A stretch of DNA of 64,000 bases from Octopus vulgaris (GCA_951406725.2 OX597815.1:136400001-136464000); one strand, 5' to 3'. Positions 39,400 to 54,557 are shown, counted from the first letter of the stretch. The notes: generated by a model from the sequence alone, not told the origin. Made by a program: numbers and translations.

Positions 39400-40190
39400 T
39401 AACCACTAAGATACAGAAGACCGGTGGCCATGCAGGAAGCGGAGTGACCTGAAGATAGAGAGAGAAACACTTATATGCGCAGCTCATTAACAAACGTTAA
39501 GGACCAATTATGTGAAGAGCAGAATAGACAACAATACCGTCAGCGACAAATGTAGAATGTGAGGTGAGAGGGGTGAAATGGTATGGCATTTCGTTAGCAA
39601 ATGCCCGAAATTGGCACAACGCGAATACAAAAGACGACATGATAATTTGGCAAGAATGATCCATTGGGAGCTCCGTGGAAATCACGGCCTACAAAGTGCA
39701 AAGGCGTGGTATGAGAAACCTCACAAAGAATCGCCGAGAATGAGAATTGCCAAATCTTGTGAAATGCAATTATTCAGTGCAATCACCCGACCAGATATCC
39801 GAAATCGTACATTGTTGTGGTAAAAAAAGCACATGCATGATAATTGACATAGCATGTCCCGGTGACAAGAGGATCAAAGAGAAAGAAGAACAAAGACTAA
39901 ATAACTATGACTATTTCAAGTGGAAAATACGAAGGTCGTGATCATTGAGGAGAGTAGATGTGATACCAATAGTAATTGGCGTTCTTGGAGGTATCAGCAT
40001 GGTGCAAAAAGCTTGGTACAAATGTAAAGATAGAAAACCTACAAAAATCAACATCACTTGGAACTGCAAAAATTCTTCGCGGGCTTCTTAAAGCGTGATC
40101 AGTAAATAAGTGTCATTTCAGTCTGCTGGCTGTGGACAACTGACACTTTCCATGATACCCAGTAAAATAAGCTCAGAGTTTTCATCAAAT
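39400..40190 (+). mobile_element. R4/Dong-like zinc knuckle/RLE fragment
   Basis: KCRM..EMVWHFVSKCPKLAQREYKRRHDN; CMIIDIACPGD; VIPIVIGVLG. Confidence 0.8.
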
Positions 40191-40209
40191 AGTAACAATG
40201 ATAATAATG

Positions 40210-40900
40210 AAAATCAGAGAGGAATCTTCCAGAGATAAGTTGCTGATATTCGTGCTGGGAATGATTCCCCTGAATGAAATACTACGGAAAACAAAGTTGA
40301 GATATGATCTGGGATATGCTCTGGGAAGTGGCATGGGAAAACTGGACCACTTGCTGTTCATGGCCGACCTGAACAAAAAATTGAGGCGGAGCTAGACAGC
40401 CTAATCCAATCTGTGTAGATTTTCTGCAATGATATTAAGATGGAGTTTGGAATCTCAAAATGTACTCTGATGCATGCCAGGACAGAAAGCATTTGGTTGC
40501 CAAGTAGATAAATGATGAAGGCAATTCAAACTTATTCCAGCTATAAATATCTTGGAATACTTGAGGTAAAGTGAGTCAAACACCACGACAAGAAGGAAAA
40601 GACAAAAAGAGTGCACCTGCGGCGAGTGAGAAAAATATCAGCGTCAAAACTGAATGCCAGAAACATAATTTCAGCATTAAAGTCGCGCGCAGTCGCAATA
40701 GTGTTGTATGGCGCTGGAATCCTGAAGTGGACAGGGAGTCAACGAAACTCCTTACGATGCATGGAGCCCATTATCTACATGTGGACAGTAATTGCCAATA
40801 CATAAACAGAGCAAATGGAGGAAGGGGACTGATAAGTGTAGAAAACTGCGTGCGTATAGAACTCGAGAGTTTAATGAGATACCTAGCCCAGAGTAAATGG
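40210..40900 (+). mobile_element. R4/Dong-like RT fragment
   Basis: DHLLFMADL, MEFGISKC, YKYLGILE, LTMHGAH..RANGGRGLISVE. Confidence 0.78.
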
Positions 40901-40944
40901 TAAATGATCATTCACTCTGGAAAATGATTTTTTCTTTAATAATG

Positions 40945-41365
<421 letters not shown>

Positions 41366-42598
41366 ATATATTTTCCTTAATCTCCTAGGTCTAGGGTGTC
41401 ACAAAAACCGTTTCTTCACAAACTTAGTTTCTTGATAAAAAAAACTGAAAATGAACTTGATTTATCTTTGTACATGTGCTTTATAGGCAAAAGGAAGTCG
41501 ATACAGATAAAAGTCTTTTTTGGACACTTCTTTTTATATAATCTGTTTTACAAGAAATGTTCCCGATATGTGGTTGCTGGATAATTCTTTTTGTTGATTT
41601 CCCTGTCCGCTAGCCTTTTATGTTATTTTATTCAATTTAGATAAGAGTTGTAAACATGAGCAAACTTTCTTCAGTATCTGTCAATAGTTTAGAATGTTTT
41701 GATTAAAGTTGACTTTCATGTTTACAGTCACGCATGATATTTCACTATAGAATACTGCTCGTCAGTACTTTTATTACATTTTCGTGATATACTTTAATTA
41801 CATATATTGATTGTATAGTTCTTCTAACTGTTGGCATTATCCAAGCTACTTTTCTGTGTGTGGTTCTTGACTTATTTTGGTTCATTTAGGTGTCACGGCC
41901 AAACCTGAACTGGAGCACTGTCTTGAAGTGTATAAAGACGAAATATTTGGGTATATTAGAGAAGAGAGAGAGAGAGGGAGAGAGAGAGAGAGAGATGGGA
42001 AGTGAAATAGATAAAGTGAACTATGAAATTAGAGACACAGAAGTCAATATAAATATGATTATCGGGAAAATAGTATAAAATCGGAATAACGAACGGCTAT
42101 AGTTATTCTTCATAGATAAATCCTGATTTGGATAAGTTCATGCTCAAATATCGCAGGTAAAAATGAGGCGAGTACAGGGAGTTTATAATGGCAGGTTTTT
42201 ATAAACAGGCCGATTCCAGCAGAGTTCATGTAACATCACCCACAAGAGAAAGGAGAATCCATGCAACACTTTACAGCTGTTTCTGGTGTTTTGTGATGAG
42301 GAAGTGAAGTAGTGTTCATTTTGTGCGCATATAAAATAGTGTTGATGAATGTATATGCATTATGCATTTGATCAGTCATGATAAATTTTTATCTTATTAA
42401 GATATACTGGAAAGGTTTTGCATAATGAAAGTACGCCTGATATATCGACAGATATAGGCTCGGGTCCCATAGGCGAAATTTGACTTTTTCAGTTCGAAAA
42501 GATTTGCAACCCAATATTTACATGCTGTTATATATAACTTATATATATATATATATGTCGAGATGTAATTCTCTAAATGAATTGTTCCTTTGTCCATG

Positions 42599-43330
42599 TA
42601 AGAGGTGCGTTCCATAAGTATACGACCATCGGGCCTGAAACAAAAAATTGCACATTTCACAAATTATATTTAATCGCCTTCAGCACATTTCCTTGGGGAT
42701 TCTCTCAGTGGTTCTACCACTGTTGACAACGCCTCCGGAACGCCTTTTCTGGAATGCTAGGGAGCTCCACCGTGACTTTTGTTATAATTTCTTCTCGTGA
42801 TTCAAATCGCTTCCCTTTCAGCCTGTTCTTCAGTTTGGACAAGAGCCAAAGGCCACACAGTGCCAAGTCGGGAGAGTCGGGTGCCTGTTAAACAAGTTGT
42901 ATATTGTTCTTGTCCAGGAAAGCTTGGATTACGAGGTGCGTTAAAAAAGTATCCAACTTTACTTTTATACCGACTCTCTTTGCATGCACAAAACCAATGT
43001 TAAAATTGAATATGCTCATTCCCATTTCGAAAGTAATTTCTACGACAGGCTTCCAGGACTAGTCGTCGAACTTTCTCAATCGACTCATTATTTCGGCTTA
43101 TTGATGTCCTGTCTGAGCATGCCTCGCTCTCCACTGAGATGCGACCATGTTCGAAGCGCTTGTACCCTTCTGAGTTTTGCCCATGGCATCATCATAAAAC
43201 ATTTACTGAATAGTCTGGATGGTTTGAGCGTGAGTATTACCAAGCTTTATGCAAAACTTGATGCGGCCTAGAGTAGCGAAATATGTCACTCATGAGTTGG
43301 GAGAGTGTGCATCACCTCCAATCCAAAGGT
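42599..43330 (-). mobile_element. Mariner transposon remnant(s), internally deleted
   Basis: Minus-strand QAPDSPDLALCGLWLLSKLKNRLKGKRFES (YSPDLAP motif) and IKFCIKLG..RFEHGRISVE..IEKVRRLV (HTH); TIR-like gaggtgcgtt at ~42602 and ~42933. Confidence 0.8.
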
Positions 43331-43770
43331 CTTCTGTATACACAACATCACAAATACCTATAACTCTTGTACATGTACACTCCCACAAACACAAATACAC
43401 ACAGAGACAGAAACACATATAAATAATCTTCATAACATCATAGTTATTTTTTTCTTCTTAATCGTCATTCACGCCACTGGCACAGAAGAGATATATCTGT
43501 TAGTATATAAAGATATGTATACGTATATATAAATCATACCACCTGTATAACTTACATATGCCTACAGTTAGTTAAACAAAGACTAACAGACTAACTACGA
43601 ATTCATATTATAGCACTGAGCAAGCAAAATCAATAAGAACTAGCACATAGAAGGTGTGTGAGTGTGTGCGTGGTGCGTGTGTCTCTACGCTAGTATATGT
43701 ACATGTATATATATATACATCCACACATTTGTATGTAAGTATACATATATGAACAAACAGGCAGACAGAC

Positions 43771-43844
<74 letters not shown>

Positions 43845-44053
43845 GTCGAATCTACAGCGTATTTTCAGATAGAGGCAGCAGACGTGAAATCACAGCAATA
43901 ATCATTTTTATATATTACAGTATATTATAACCATTCGTCCAAAACAGCCAACTATTCTCATCCAACTATTCTATACCTGAGCGTTATACTAATACATCTG
44001 TTTGTTTTGTACACCACCTGTCTTCGTCTTTTGTTTTTTTCGTAAACTTTCCC

Positions 44054-44173
<120 letters not shown>

Positions 44174-44471
44174 GATACATTTATTTCAAATTAAGATATA
44201 TGTAATTTTAAAAAGAGCAATAATTTACTTCAATTTTTTAAATGCCAATCTGATACTACTCGTACTTACGTGTGTATAGCAGGACATTTAATACATACAG
44301 ACACGACCGTCCTTACGTGTGTGGGGGTGTACGCGCGTTGCGTGTGTGCGTACGTGCGTGGGTGTGTGCAAGCGAACGCGTGCGTGTGCTAGAAGAAACA
44401 GGGAAGGTAATATTGATATGTTGAAACAGTTTTCACCACTTCTATAGTTCTTTCAGTAAGTCATGTAATTT

Positions 44472-45150
44472 TAATAATAATAATAATAATGAAATAATTG
44501 TATACAGTCCTCAGGTGCACCACAACTTGTCAAAAGTGCGTATAAAGTATATGCGGTAATGTAGAAATGTCTGGAAAGTGAAAAGTGTATGAGTCAGATC
44601 CATGCTTGCGTGTGTATGGAAGGGGAGAAAATCAGGTGTAGTGTTGGCGAATCTCAGGAAGCATGGAAGTTTTGAAGGATGCAGTGTTCCGACGACTAAC
44701 AACTGATGCCGGCAGTTTGTTCCATACTTCAGCAACTCTCAGCGTGAAAAAATGTTTCCGAAAGTCATGGGAGCTGTGCTGTTTTCTGACTTTGTAAACA
44801 TGTCCACGGGTGTCAGACAGATGGAGTTTGAAAAGGTGCTCAGAGTTATTGTTTGTAAGATGGTTAATAATTTTATGGGTGTCTGCCAGACGTCGGAGTT
44901 TCAATGTATCCGTACCTAGGAATGTATCCGTGCCTAGGGAAGTAAGGCGTTCAGAATATGGCAAATGCCTGATGGAGGGCATTCTCTTGGTTGCATGTCG
45001 CTGAACGGCTTCCAGACGATTAATATCCTGGGCAAGATAGGGGTTCCAGACCGGTGATGCAAATTCCAGGTGAGGTTGTACCATAGCTATATAAAGCCGC
45101 AGATAGATAGCCGGAGAGCGGCTCACAAAGGACTTGGTGAGGACTGTTAT
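44472..45150 (-). mobile_element. CR1/L2-group LINE 3' fragment with (ATT)n tail
   Basis: LYIAMVQPHLEFASPVWNPY..LEAVQRHATK..YSERL..FFTLRVAEVWNKLP. Confidence 0.9.
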
Positions 45151-45369
45151 TACTAAAACCAAATTCTACAACATAATTAGTTAAAACAAAAGGTAACTAG
45201 CTTTTAAAATTTGGAAATCTTTATCATAATCACACGAGATGATTAATAAGCATAATATTGGTATTATATGAGTGACATTTGAAAAGAGATGCTTAAAAAT
45301 ATAAGTTCATATTCTTGTTGAGTTTCTTCCTTCTAGATATCTTTTCTAAGATACAGTTACGTTCTAGAA

Positions 45370-45800
45370 AATAAAACAGAATGATACACTTTTCATCTGC
45401 AAAGAACTTTCATCACGACCTTCTGTGACGATTGCTGGATCTTGGACTTCTTTGGTTTTGATGAAGAAGTGTAATGGCATATCTTGGATTGAACCTTCAA
45501 TTCCGAATCATAATGATTCACTTATGGTTTATCTCTTATCAGTAAGTCGAAAGAAAATTTGTTTTCGTTGATTTCAAAAGTTGCAAGCGGAGCATACCTG
45601 ACTTCCACTATTATTTTCTCCAAAGGTACTCCCTCACACACACTTTCCGACATCCAAGCTCCTCTACCATTTTCTGTTCAGTCACCGTGATTATAGTTGA
45701 GTGTCCGCCACGCTTAGTTTATTTCAGTGTTGAATTCTTTGTATAACAGTTCTTCATCCATCTGTGCATATTGCCCCTGTTCAATGGTGCTATGTGAGAA
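45370..45800 (-). mobile_element. Decayed mariner transposase remnant
   Basis: LGCRKVCV; HYDSELKVQS..SSKPKKSK..SQKVV (YDPE.K.QS..P.PKK motif). Confidence 0.65.
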
Positions 45801-46869
45801 AAGTACCCGCAGCCCTTTGTAGATGCTCGACATTCAGAGGATTCAATGGTGGTACATTGCTTCTTCTAACCTATTACTCGTATGCAAAAAGAAAAGTTGC
45901 TACAGAAGAATAGTCACTCGACAAACATGTAAAAAAGTTCCACGTACTTCACGTTACTGTCTATTCAATTCCAGTGCTAAAAAAATATATCTAATATCTG
46001 CCAGTCAGATGTAATTCCACTGTATAACAATATTTGGTCCAATAGTGAAAATAAGTAACTTATGGTTAAGATAATGAATAGTAAGCGTAAAAAATATGAT
46101 GTTTCCAGGTTTTTGTTAAATTAAACTATTGAAAATACTTTAGAGGAGGTTGGCAATAGCTAGAATCAGTTATTGATATACTTGTATGGGAAAGTTAGGT
46201 AATGCATCAAAGAATATAATCACGGTACTTGAGAACTCAACGAATAAAAGGCGTTTACCTTCAAAAGATTATTAAATGTCAGCAAATCTTAGTTGAACTG
46301 ACTGACATAATCGACTGAATAGATCTATAAGAGTAACATATTTAGCATAAAACATATGAAGCACAAACTTCACATGAATTTCATAAAATGCCATTAAGAT
46401 AAACATCTTTATAAATTTAAATAATTTTAATTGTTGATCAAATTACATTTTTTTTTGTACAAAACCTATCATGATATTACTAACAACTTGTGTAAACCCT
46501 GTTTTTAAGTATGTATGACTTACTTATATATCACTATTATGAAATTTCACATTTCATGGTATTTATCTTAAAGAAACGGATGTTGAGAACAACGAATATA
46601 AGAAGTATATGTGAAATTCCGCTTTTATGCTAGATATTTATCGACCGATGTACCACTATATATATGCGTACATACATAATATATATATCACAGCTGCATC
46701 CTTTTTTTAGACCTGCAACTGAGAGGCACATTCTTCTACATTTTACACACGTTCTGTTATGAATTTTAAAAGCCATATCATTGTTTATCATGGGTCGATA
46801 ACTATGAAAATGCTGATGGCTCACGCGGCCTGCACGACTCAAACACCTCCGTACACAAGCCACACACAT

Positions 46870-48445
46870 AAAAAGCAGTACTCTCTCACTTTCCACAGGT
46901 TCCCCACTTCAAAGCTCCCTCTTAATTCTCTCATACTTCACTCGCTCCCTCTCAAACCTTGAACAAGTATCATACACTATCTTTCTCCACCCATCACGGT
47001 CTTGTGCTTTCCTCTCCCAATTACCAACTACAATTCCTGTCTGTATTAGAGCATTTGTAAAGCAATACTTAAACCTTAGTTTAGGCTTAAGCGCTGGTCT
47101 CTTGCTATCTTCCAACTCACCATACAATAGCTGCTTTGGGAGTCGCTCTTCACTCATCCTTACCAAATGTCCCTCACCCTCATTTCAAATGTCTTTGCAA
47201 AATCATTGGCTTTATACTCCTACTACCACTCCTCCCATGCACCTCCACCTTACTAATGACTATTTTCCAATTTATCCACAAAATTTTTCTCAGATGAAAT
47301 CGTTTGAATTGCCTTACATGCCTACGGTAAACAACCCATGCCTCACATCCATATAGCAAAGATGTAGGACGCATGTGTTATATACCTTAACTTTGATATT
47401 TGAAGATATATTATGTTGTTTCCGCACACGCCTATCAAGCCTACCAAAGCACTACTAGCCCTACTGATTTTGTATGAAATTTCATCATCAAAACCAGCAA
47501 TGCTCAAGGTACTTCCTAAATAAACAAATCTAGGTACAGTGTCCAACCTTTAACCATTCACAGTTATAAAAGATTCCATATACATCTTGGAGGGAACAGT
47601 CTCGTACATTATAACAGTTTTTTAGATTGATTGCTGCGCATGCTGCAGAAATCGCTTTTACCATGTGCTGCATATTCTGAAAATGTGCCAACATGTCACA
47701 ATCATCTGCATACAGAAACTCAACAAGGTGAGTCTTTTGAGATTGAAAAGATTTCCCGTTGTCCTCTATCTTATATAGACCTCTTCAGAGCAATCTTTTA
47801 AAGCTATTAGAAAGACTATTGAGAAATATATAGCGCACAGTGTAGGAGCAGGAATATCAACTTGCTTTACACCATTTTCTACAGAAATTAGACCTGATAA
47901 GGTCCCTCCAACATTAACTCACTTCCATCTTTTCATGAAATTTTCTAAGCATTCTCACAATTGTTACAGGGCATTCTAGCTTTTTTAGGATCTTCCAGAG
48001 TGCAATTCTATTGATAGAATCAAACGCTTTCGTTAGGTCAATGAAAATCTGGTACAAAATCATGTCCTTTTCGATGCGCTTCTCTTGCAACTGTCTAGCC
48101 GAAAATATCATATCCATAGTACTTCTAATATCCCTAAACCCACATTGCGATTCTGGTAGAACCTCTTCAGCAATGTGCAGAAGCATTCTAGCAACAGCTA
48201 ACAGAGAGATGCCACGTTAATTATCACAGACGGCCTTTCCACATTTAGATTTATATAGTATCTCCATAGTTGCATCAGACCAATCCGTAGGAACCCCTTC
48301 ACTTTGCCAAACCCTCTGAATCACATCCGTCAACATTGCACAAAGATGATCACCACCATATTTATATACCTCTGCACCTAGTCTATCCATACCAGGAGCC
48401 TTTCCATTGTTCAACTTCCTGATTGCTGCTTTTATTTCAGCCATG
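46870..48445 (-). mobile_element. Degraded RTE LINE
   Basis: NGKAPGMD, LPESQCGFR..RSTMDMIFSARQLQEK, IDLTKAFDS, FLYADDC, VRMSEERLPKQLLYGEL. Confidence 0.9.
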
Positions 48446-48449
48446 TAAG

Positions 48450-50028
48450 TAGCTGCATTTTGTATAGTTGGACCTGACGAATGCATATGGTTGTGTGCCC
48501 TGTAACATGATAGAGGTAGCTCTGGAGTTCTTCTATATGCCTGCAATGGATTGTGCCATTCCCCCAATTCGTTTTGTGTTGGTCATAGAGATCACACTGA
48601 GGAGCTTAAAGCCTGAGCACAGGTTCAACTAATGAGAATTAAAACAGAGGGCGTTCATGGATGATCTCACCATTGTGCAGGAGAGTATCAATGTTGCCAG
48701 AAACGTGTTGAATAGATTGTCTGAACTGATCAGCTGGCGTCGGGTGGCCTTTAAGCCGAAGAAGAGCAGAGCTCTTTCACTGAAGGGTTGATCGCTCGTA
48801 AATTTGCTTTTCAGTATTGGTGGAGAGCAAATACCAACTGTTCGTGACCAGCGCGTCAAATGTCTGAGAAGATGGTACACGTTTCCCCTCACAGATAGAC
48901 ATCGTGGCGTTGAACTGCAGAAGGAGGCAGAGTTGGGGCTAAAGAGCATTGATCTAGTAAGTTTGCCAGGGAAGTTCACGGTGTGGTGCATGCATTCTGG
49001 GTTGCTCCCGAGACTGCTGTGGACCATAACAGTGTATGAAGTTTCTCTAACGAGGATTGAGAAAATTGAACGGAAGATCAATAAGATGGTAAGTAAGTGT
49101 CTTGGCCTCTAGAAGTGCCTTTAATCTGTCGCCCTTTATGGCAACCAAGGTATGCTCCAGTTACCCCTGAAGTGGTCTGATGGGTGGCAGTTGAGTGCAG
49201 GATATATGAAAGCCCTGACCCAGACTGCGTAAATGTGCATCCGTCTCCATCAAATCTCAAAAATGGGGTATCCAAAAGAGTCCAAAGTGCCACTTGTGCT
49301 GGAAGTATGGCACCTTCAAACATATGCTGTCAGCTTGCCCCAAAGCACTCCAGTCTGGATGGTATACATTTAGACAATTTAGTGCTAAATGTTGTTGCTT
49401 CAGCTACAAGAGTAGGTCAAGTGCCTGAACTGAGCTTGCGCAAGACAGCATTTGGAAATCAATATGTTATGCCAAAGAGGCAGAAACCTCGGCAGGCCGA
49501 AGACAGAAAATGGGAGATGTTCGTGGACAAGCCATTGCCTGAAAGCATCGTGGTGTCAGCACTCCGGCCCGACCTGGTTTTGGTAGATGAGGGTCAGAGA
49601 CGTGTGGTCCTTGGGGAGATGACTGTGCCATGTGAGGAGAGCACTGCTGAGGCCTGTGAGTGGAAGCTGTTGAGCTATGAAGAGCTGGTAGCTTAGATTC
49701 GGGAGAAGGGTTACATCTGTGAACTGGTTGCGTTAGATGTTGGTTACAGGGTTTCCCAGCGACTTCTCTCAGGTTTCTGAAGGTGGCTGGTGTATCTGCT
49801 GAGAGGAGGATCATCAAAGAATGTGGGGAGAAAGCAGTTGAGGTTTGTAAAAGCGTATAAGACTACAGAACAAGCATGAGTCTAGTTGCAACGCAATACG
49901 TCCAGCTGTTGCGGGCCCACCGTGTGGAGAGATACTGAGCATAATGGGCCGAAATCGCGGCGTAGCACGGCACTCAGCTGATGATTGCAGCCGGACGAGA
50001 AATGGAGCACGCGGTGTTTTCTTCTACT
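48450..50028 (+). mobile_element. Hero-like RLE non-LTR retrotransposon fragment, internally deleted
   Basis: LDLTNAYG, RAFMDDLT, FKPKKSR, LPGKFTVWC..GLLPRLLW..VYEV, LRPDLVL..LGEMTVPCEE. Confidence 0.82.
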
Positions 50029-50889
50029 GTATATATATATATATATATACATAATGAGACAAAGGGGCTCAATTGAAGAGTCGAGGAGTATAAAATGAAA
50101 TTTTGAGTAAACAGCGAGTGATTCTCACTTGTATAGTTCGTAAGACAGTTGAGTTATAAGTTGCGCAACACTTAATCTTATGAATGATGTACACACTCAA
50201 TACCTGACATTGCCATGTTTACGACATAGAAAAAGTTTCTTAAATATAACTACTGGTGCTGTACCAGATAACACATTTGTACTCAGATTTTCTTGTTTCT
50301 GATCATCAGCTTGTAAACCGAACCTGGTTTTCTATAGAAATATCCACCGTCTAAATATTTTATGAAATATGAAACGAAACTTTAAATACAATGCTTATAT
50401 TTATGTTCTTCTTTTGAGAACTTTTGTCAATGACACGTGGGCAAACGGCTGCAGAAAGCTCGCAATTTTGATTTTCTTTGCCTGTTATCGTGATAATAAA
50501 GTCCAGTACAAGCGAATTCATAAAACTGCATTGTGGTTTAAGCAATGTGATAAAATAACACTTTCAAATAACCATTTTAGTTATTGTTTCGAACAATAAA
50601 AGTGGATGTGAATGCGGTGGGGTTCATTCTGCATGACGCCCTCGCAGACTCACACAAACACACATATGTAACCCCTACACACACTACAACATACAAAGAA
50701 TCATACATACACAAACAGGCAATCAAACAGAGTAAATCAAATGTCAATAAAAACATTTGAAAAGGAACATTACATGTACGTACATAGTACGTACGTACGT
50801 ATGTATGTACTATATGTATGTATGTATGTATGTATATATGTATGTATGTATGTCAGGTCACTTTCGAGTGCTACTGGTAACATGTAACT

Positions 50890-51407
50890 CAGTTCAACCT
50901 GTTGCATGGTCGGATCGTTGGCGACTAAACCAGCAACCCCACCAAGCTTGCTTGCTGAAGAGGGTGCTTATTGGATACCCTGCGGGAAGAAAAACAAAAC
51001 CCGTCAAAGGGCGGAGGAACTCTTGAGAGTCAACGGCCATCCAATAAATGTCTTAAGGCTATATCATGCGCGGAGACATAGAAAAAAATCGGACTGAATA
51101 CCCGATCGCGCGGTTAAACCATTGGGAGTGAAGGACTCCTAGCCTTTGTTAGGGCATCCTTCTAGGAGAAGGTAATTTAGGTAACTGAGATAACCCCGAC
51201 ATCAAGCCTGCAGGTCAGTGGTTACCGATGATGTTGACTTGTTCTTCTTTTCGGATTATGGCTGCTGTTGCTTAGTGAGTGGTTTTGACTCAGTGCACAG
51301 CCTTTCTTCACTTTAAAAAAAAATCTTCTTGCACCGGCATTGCACGATAACAACATTGATTAAGCTTCGTGCAATGGCCATACTCGATATCGAGGTGGCA
51401 GCCACCA
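50890..51407 (+). mobile_element. Non-coding RTE-related non-autonomous element in (TATG)n
   Basis: ctcctag..ggcatcc..ctaggagaagg motif; terminal ccatactcgatatcgaggtggcagccacc resembles the RTE 3' end at 8821-8853. Confidence 0.6.
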
Positions 51408-51409
51408 TG

Positions 51410-51443
<34 letters not shown>

Positions 51444-51453
51444 TGTATGTATG

Positions 51454-51484
<31 letters not shown>

Positions 51485-51601
51485 CAGGCCGTGAATTCTG
51501 CGAAGTCATGGCAATAGTCATCCTGGACGCAACTTTTCAAAAAGCTAATTAAGTTAAAGAAAAAATTACATTCATTACCTGTAATACCTGACACACACAC
51601 A

Positions 51602-51647
<46 letters not shown>

Positions 51648-52292
51648 GCGGTTATAGTAACCGACTAAGGAATAAAATATCCGTATATTCTATTGGTAGC
51701 CGTTACCTGTATAATCCCCTGTCATTGGTGTGCAGCCACATAATACACATAGAGTGCAGATAACAACAGGATAAACAAGAGTTTATCAGGAATGACTGCA
51801 AATGATTAGAAAATAGAGAAAACCACAGATTAACCAACTCATCGACTGGACCAGATTTCATGTTTATTTTTCAATACATAGCATAACAACAAAATAGCTG
51901 ACGCAACATACAAAAGCGTACAACTTGTATGCTCTTGTTTTTCACTCTTATGCAGATCCGTTGCCTTAATTCGAATTCCCTATGGAAATGAAGAACATTA
52001 TTCTCGCATTTATTTATAGACAGCATTTTTGCAATCTGATCAATAACGGTCGTAGAAAATGTTATGTCATCTATTTTCTTAGGTCATGCTTTGTATTAAA
52101 AAATAAGCATGAGAACTCATTTCGATGGACAGCCGACAACTTATGAGGGTCGCTCTTTGTGCTATCTGTACTGTTTTCCACTTGCTTGAGTTGTTGTTTG
52201 CGTATTGAATTCATTTGTTTTCGTATTTCACATTGTCTATTGTTGATGACGCTCTGTACCCATATATGCATGCGTATATATATATATATATA

Positions 52293-52343
<51 letters not shown>

Positions 52344-52734
52344 CATATTATATATATATATATATACATAAGTTTATCAATTTGTGTTGCAGGATTCCTG
52401 ATGTGATATCGTGTATTGAAACGGATATTGTATTTCGACTTGGTCATTTTTTAAGAAATAAACACACGCAATGTACATGTAGGTATTTACATCGTATATA
52501 TATATGTGTGTGTGTGTGTGTGTTTGTGTGTGCATGTATCTTTGTGTATGCATAAATATATCTAGATACATACATTCTGCATATACAGGCACATATGTGC
52601 ATGTCTGTTCGTCTGTGTGTCTACATGCATGTATTTATGTATGTATCGTCGGCCTAAATTCCCCATTTTCGCACAAACTGTAGTGCGAGTGTTCATTTAA
52701 CAAGAGGAAAACTTGATCAACCCGAAATACAACA

Positions 52735-53015
<281 letters not shown>

Positions 53016-53181
53016 ATACTACAAAATTAGAAAATGGAGAAACATACTTAAATCAATCAAACATCAACCATCAGATGATACCCAATCAATACTTTATTAC
53101 ACCATTACATAACAGCAAAGGCATTATACAAAATATATTGTAAATATAATTAGACAAGGAAATAGAAATATAAAATATAAA

Positions 53182-53235
<54 letters not shown>

Positions 53236-53351
53236 AATGTATGTATGTATGTATATATATATATATATGCATATATATATTCCTTATGAATTTTATTGTA
53301 TATATGTGTCTGCATATGTATATATATATATATGTACATGTAGGTATTTAT

Positions 53352-53407
<56 letters not shown>

Positions 53408-53739
53408 ATAAATATATAGAGATATATTGTGTATAGAAGAATACAGTGTACGTTCAAACACGAAAGAGATACCCGAAGAATAGAATATCTGACTCGCTAG
53501 AAAGAGCAGTTAAAACTCCAAGCCACCAATTGTTGTAATTCAGAAAGTGATTGGAAAATAAAAAAAACTTTTACCTTAATCCTAGACGCTGCAAGTTTTC
53601 TGCAGACTTAAATACAGACTGAATTAAAATAACTTCAGTCTATATCTCGTGCTACTTCTTCAGTAGGTTGCCAGGACTGAACACATAGACACGGACCGAT
53701 AAATAACCCGCCACGTGTCTATAGGTTCTAATTTTTCGA

Positions 53740-53960
53740 ATCTTTTCTCTTTTATTTGTTTCAGTTTATTGACTGCGGCCATGCTAGGACACCGCTTCGA
53801 AGCGTATTTTTAATCAAACAAATCGCCCCAGAACTTCTTCATTTATAGGCGATGCATCTATTCTATCGGTCGCACTTGCCGAACCGCTAATGTAACGGGA
53901 ACGTAAACATTCCAACATCGGTTGTGGTGGTGAGAACACGAATACACATAGACACACGCA
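53740..53960 (-). mobile_element. SINE 3' half with a LINE-like tail
   Basis: gactgcggccatgctaggacaccgc..tgccgaaccgcta..acgtaaaca..catcggttgt; related pieces at 12210-12300, 57340-57550 and 63940-64000. Confidence 0.75.
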
Positions 53961-54009
53961 CCCACATGCACACACACATACACACACACACACACATACG
54001 CAACAAAGA

Positions 54010-54270
54010 AATAGAAGGTAATCTACAATCTACATGGATTTCATAGCAGTGTATTGAAGAAGCACCTGGATACTCTACAATAAGATTAAATGAAAAATCT
54101 GTCAGAAGCTTAAAGGAGAGCATCATCATCAACGATTTCTCGTTACAAAAAAATTGTGCTAGATTACCTGCATGGATTGCATAACGGTTGTTCCAGCTAG
54201 GCCATATTCTCTTGCCTATAACTGCTGACAGTTTTAGACCGTAGTGTCGCATCGAACGTTAAACAAGGAC
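54010..54270 (+). mobile_element. Possible decayed mariner DD34D-region remnant
   Basis: Fragments resembling KV...WDF, L..NAR and LG..L.P across frameshifts. Confidence 0.35.
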
Positions 54271-54456
54271 GAACCTAGTTAGTACTTACATAGCTTAGTA
54301 CTTATACAGGTTTGTGAAATCAAGATACTGTAAGCTTCTCACATTTTACGTACCCGCTTAGCTGTGCGTGGATTTGTAGATAGTAATCGGAAGATCAGCG
54401 TATATGAGCGCATGTTGTATACACGTGTACGTGCATGTGTGCATGTATTTGCATGC

Positions 54457-54557
<101 letters not shown>

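Noticed and set aside
44903-44938. 18-bp tandem duplication inside the LINE fragment
   Set aside because: Ordinary local slippage duplication
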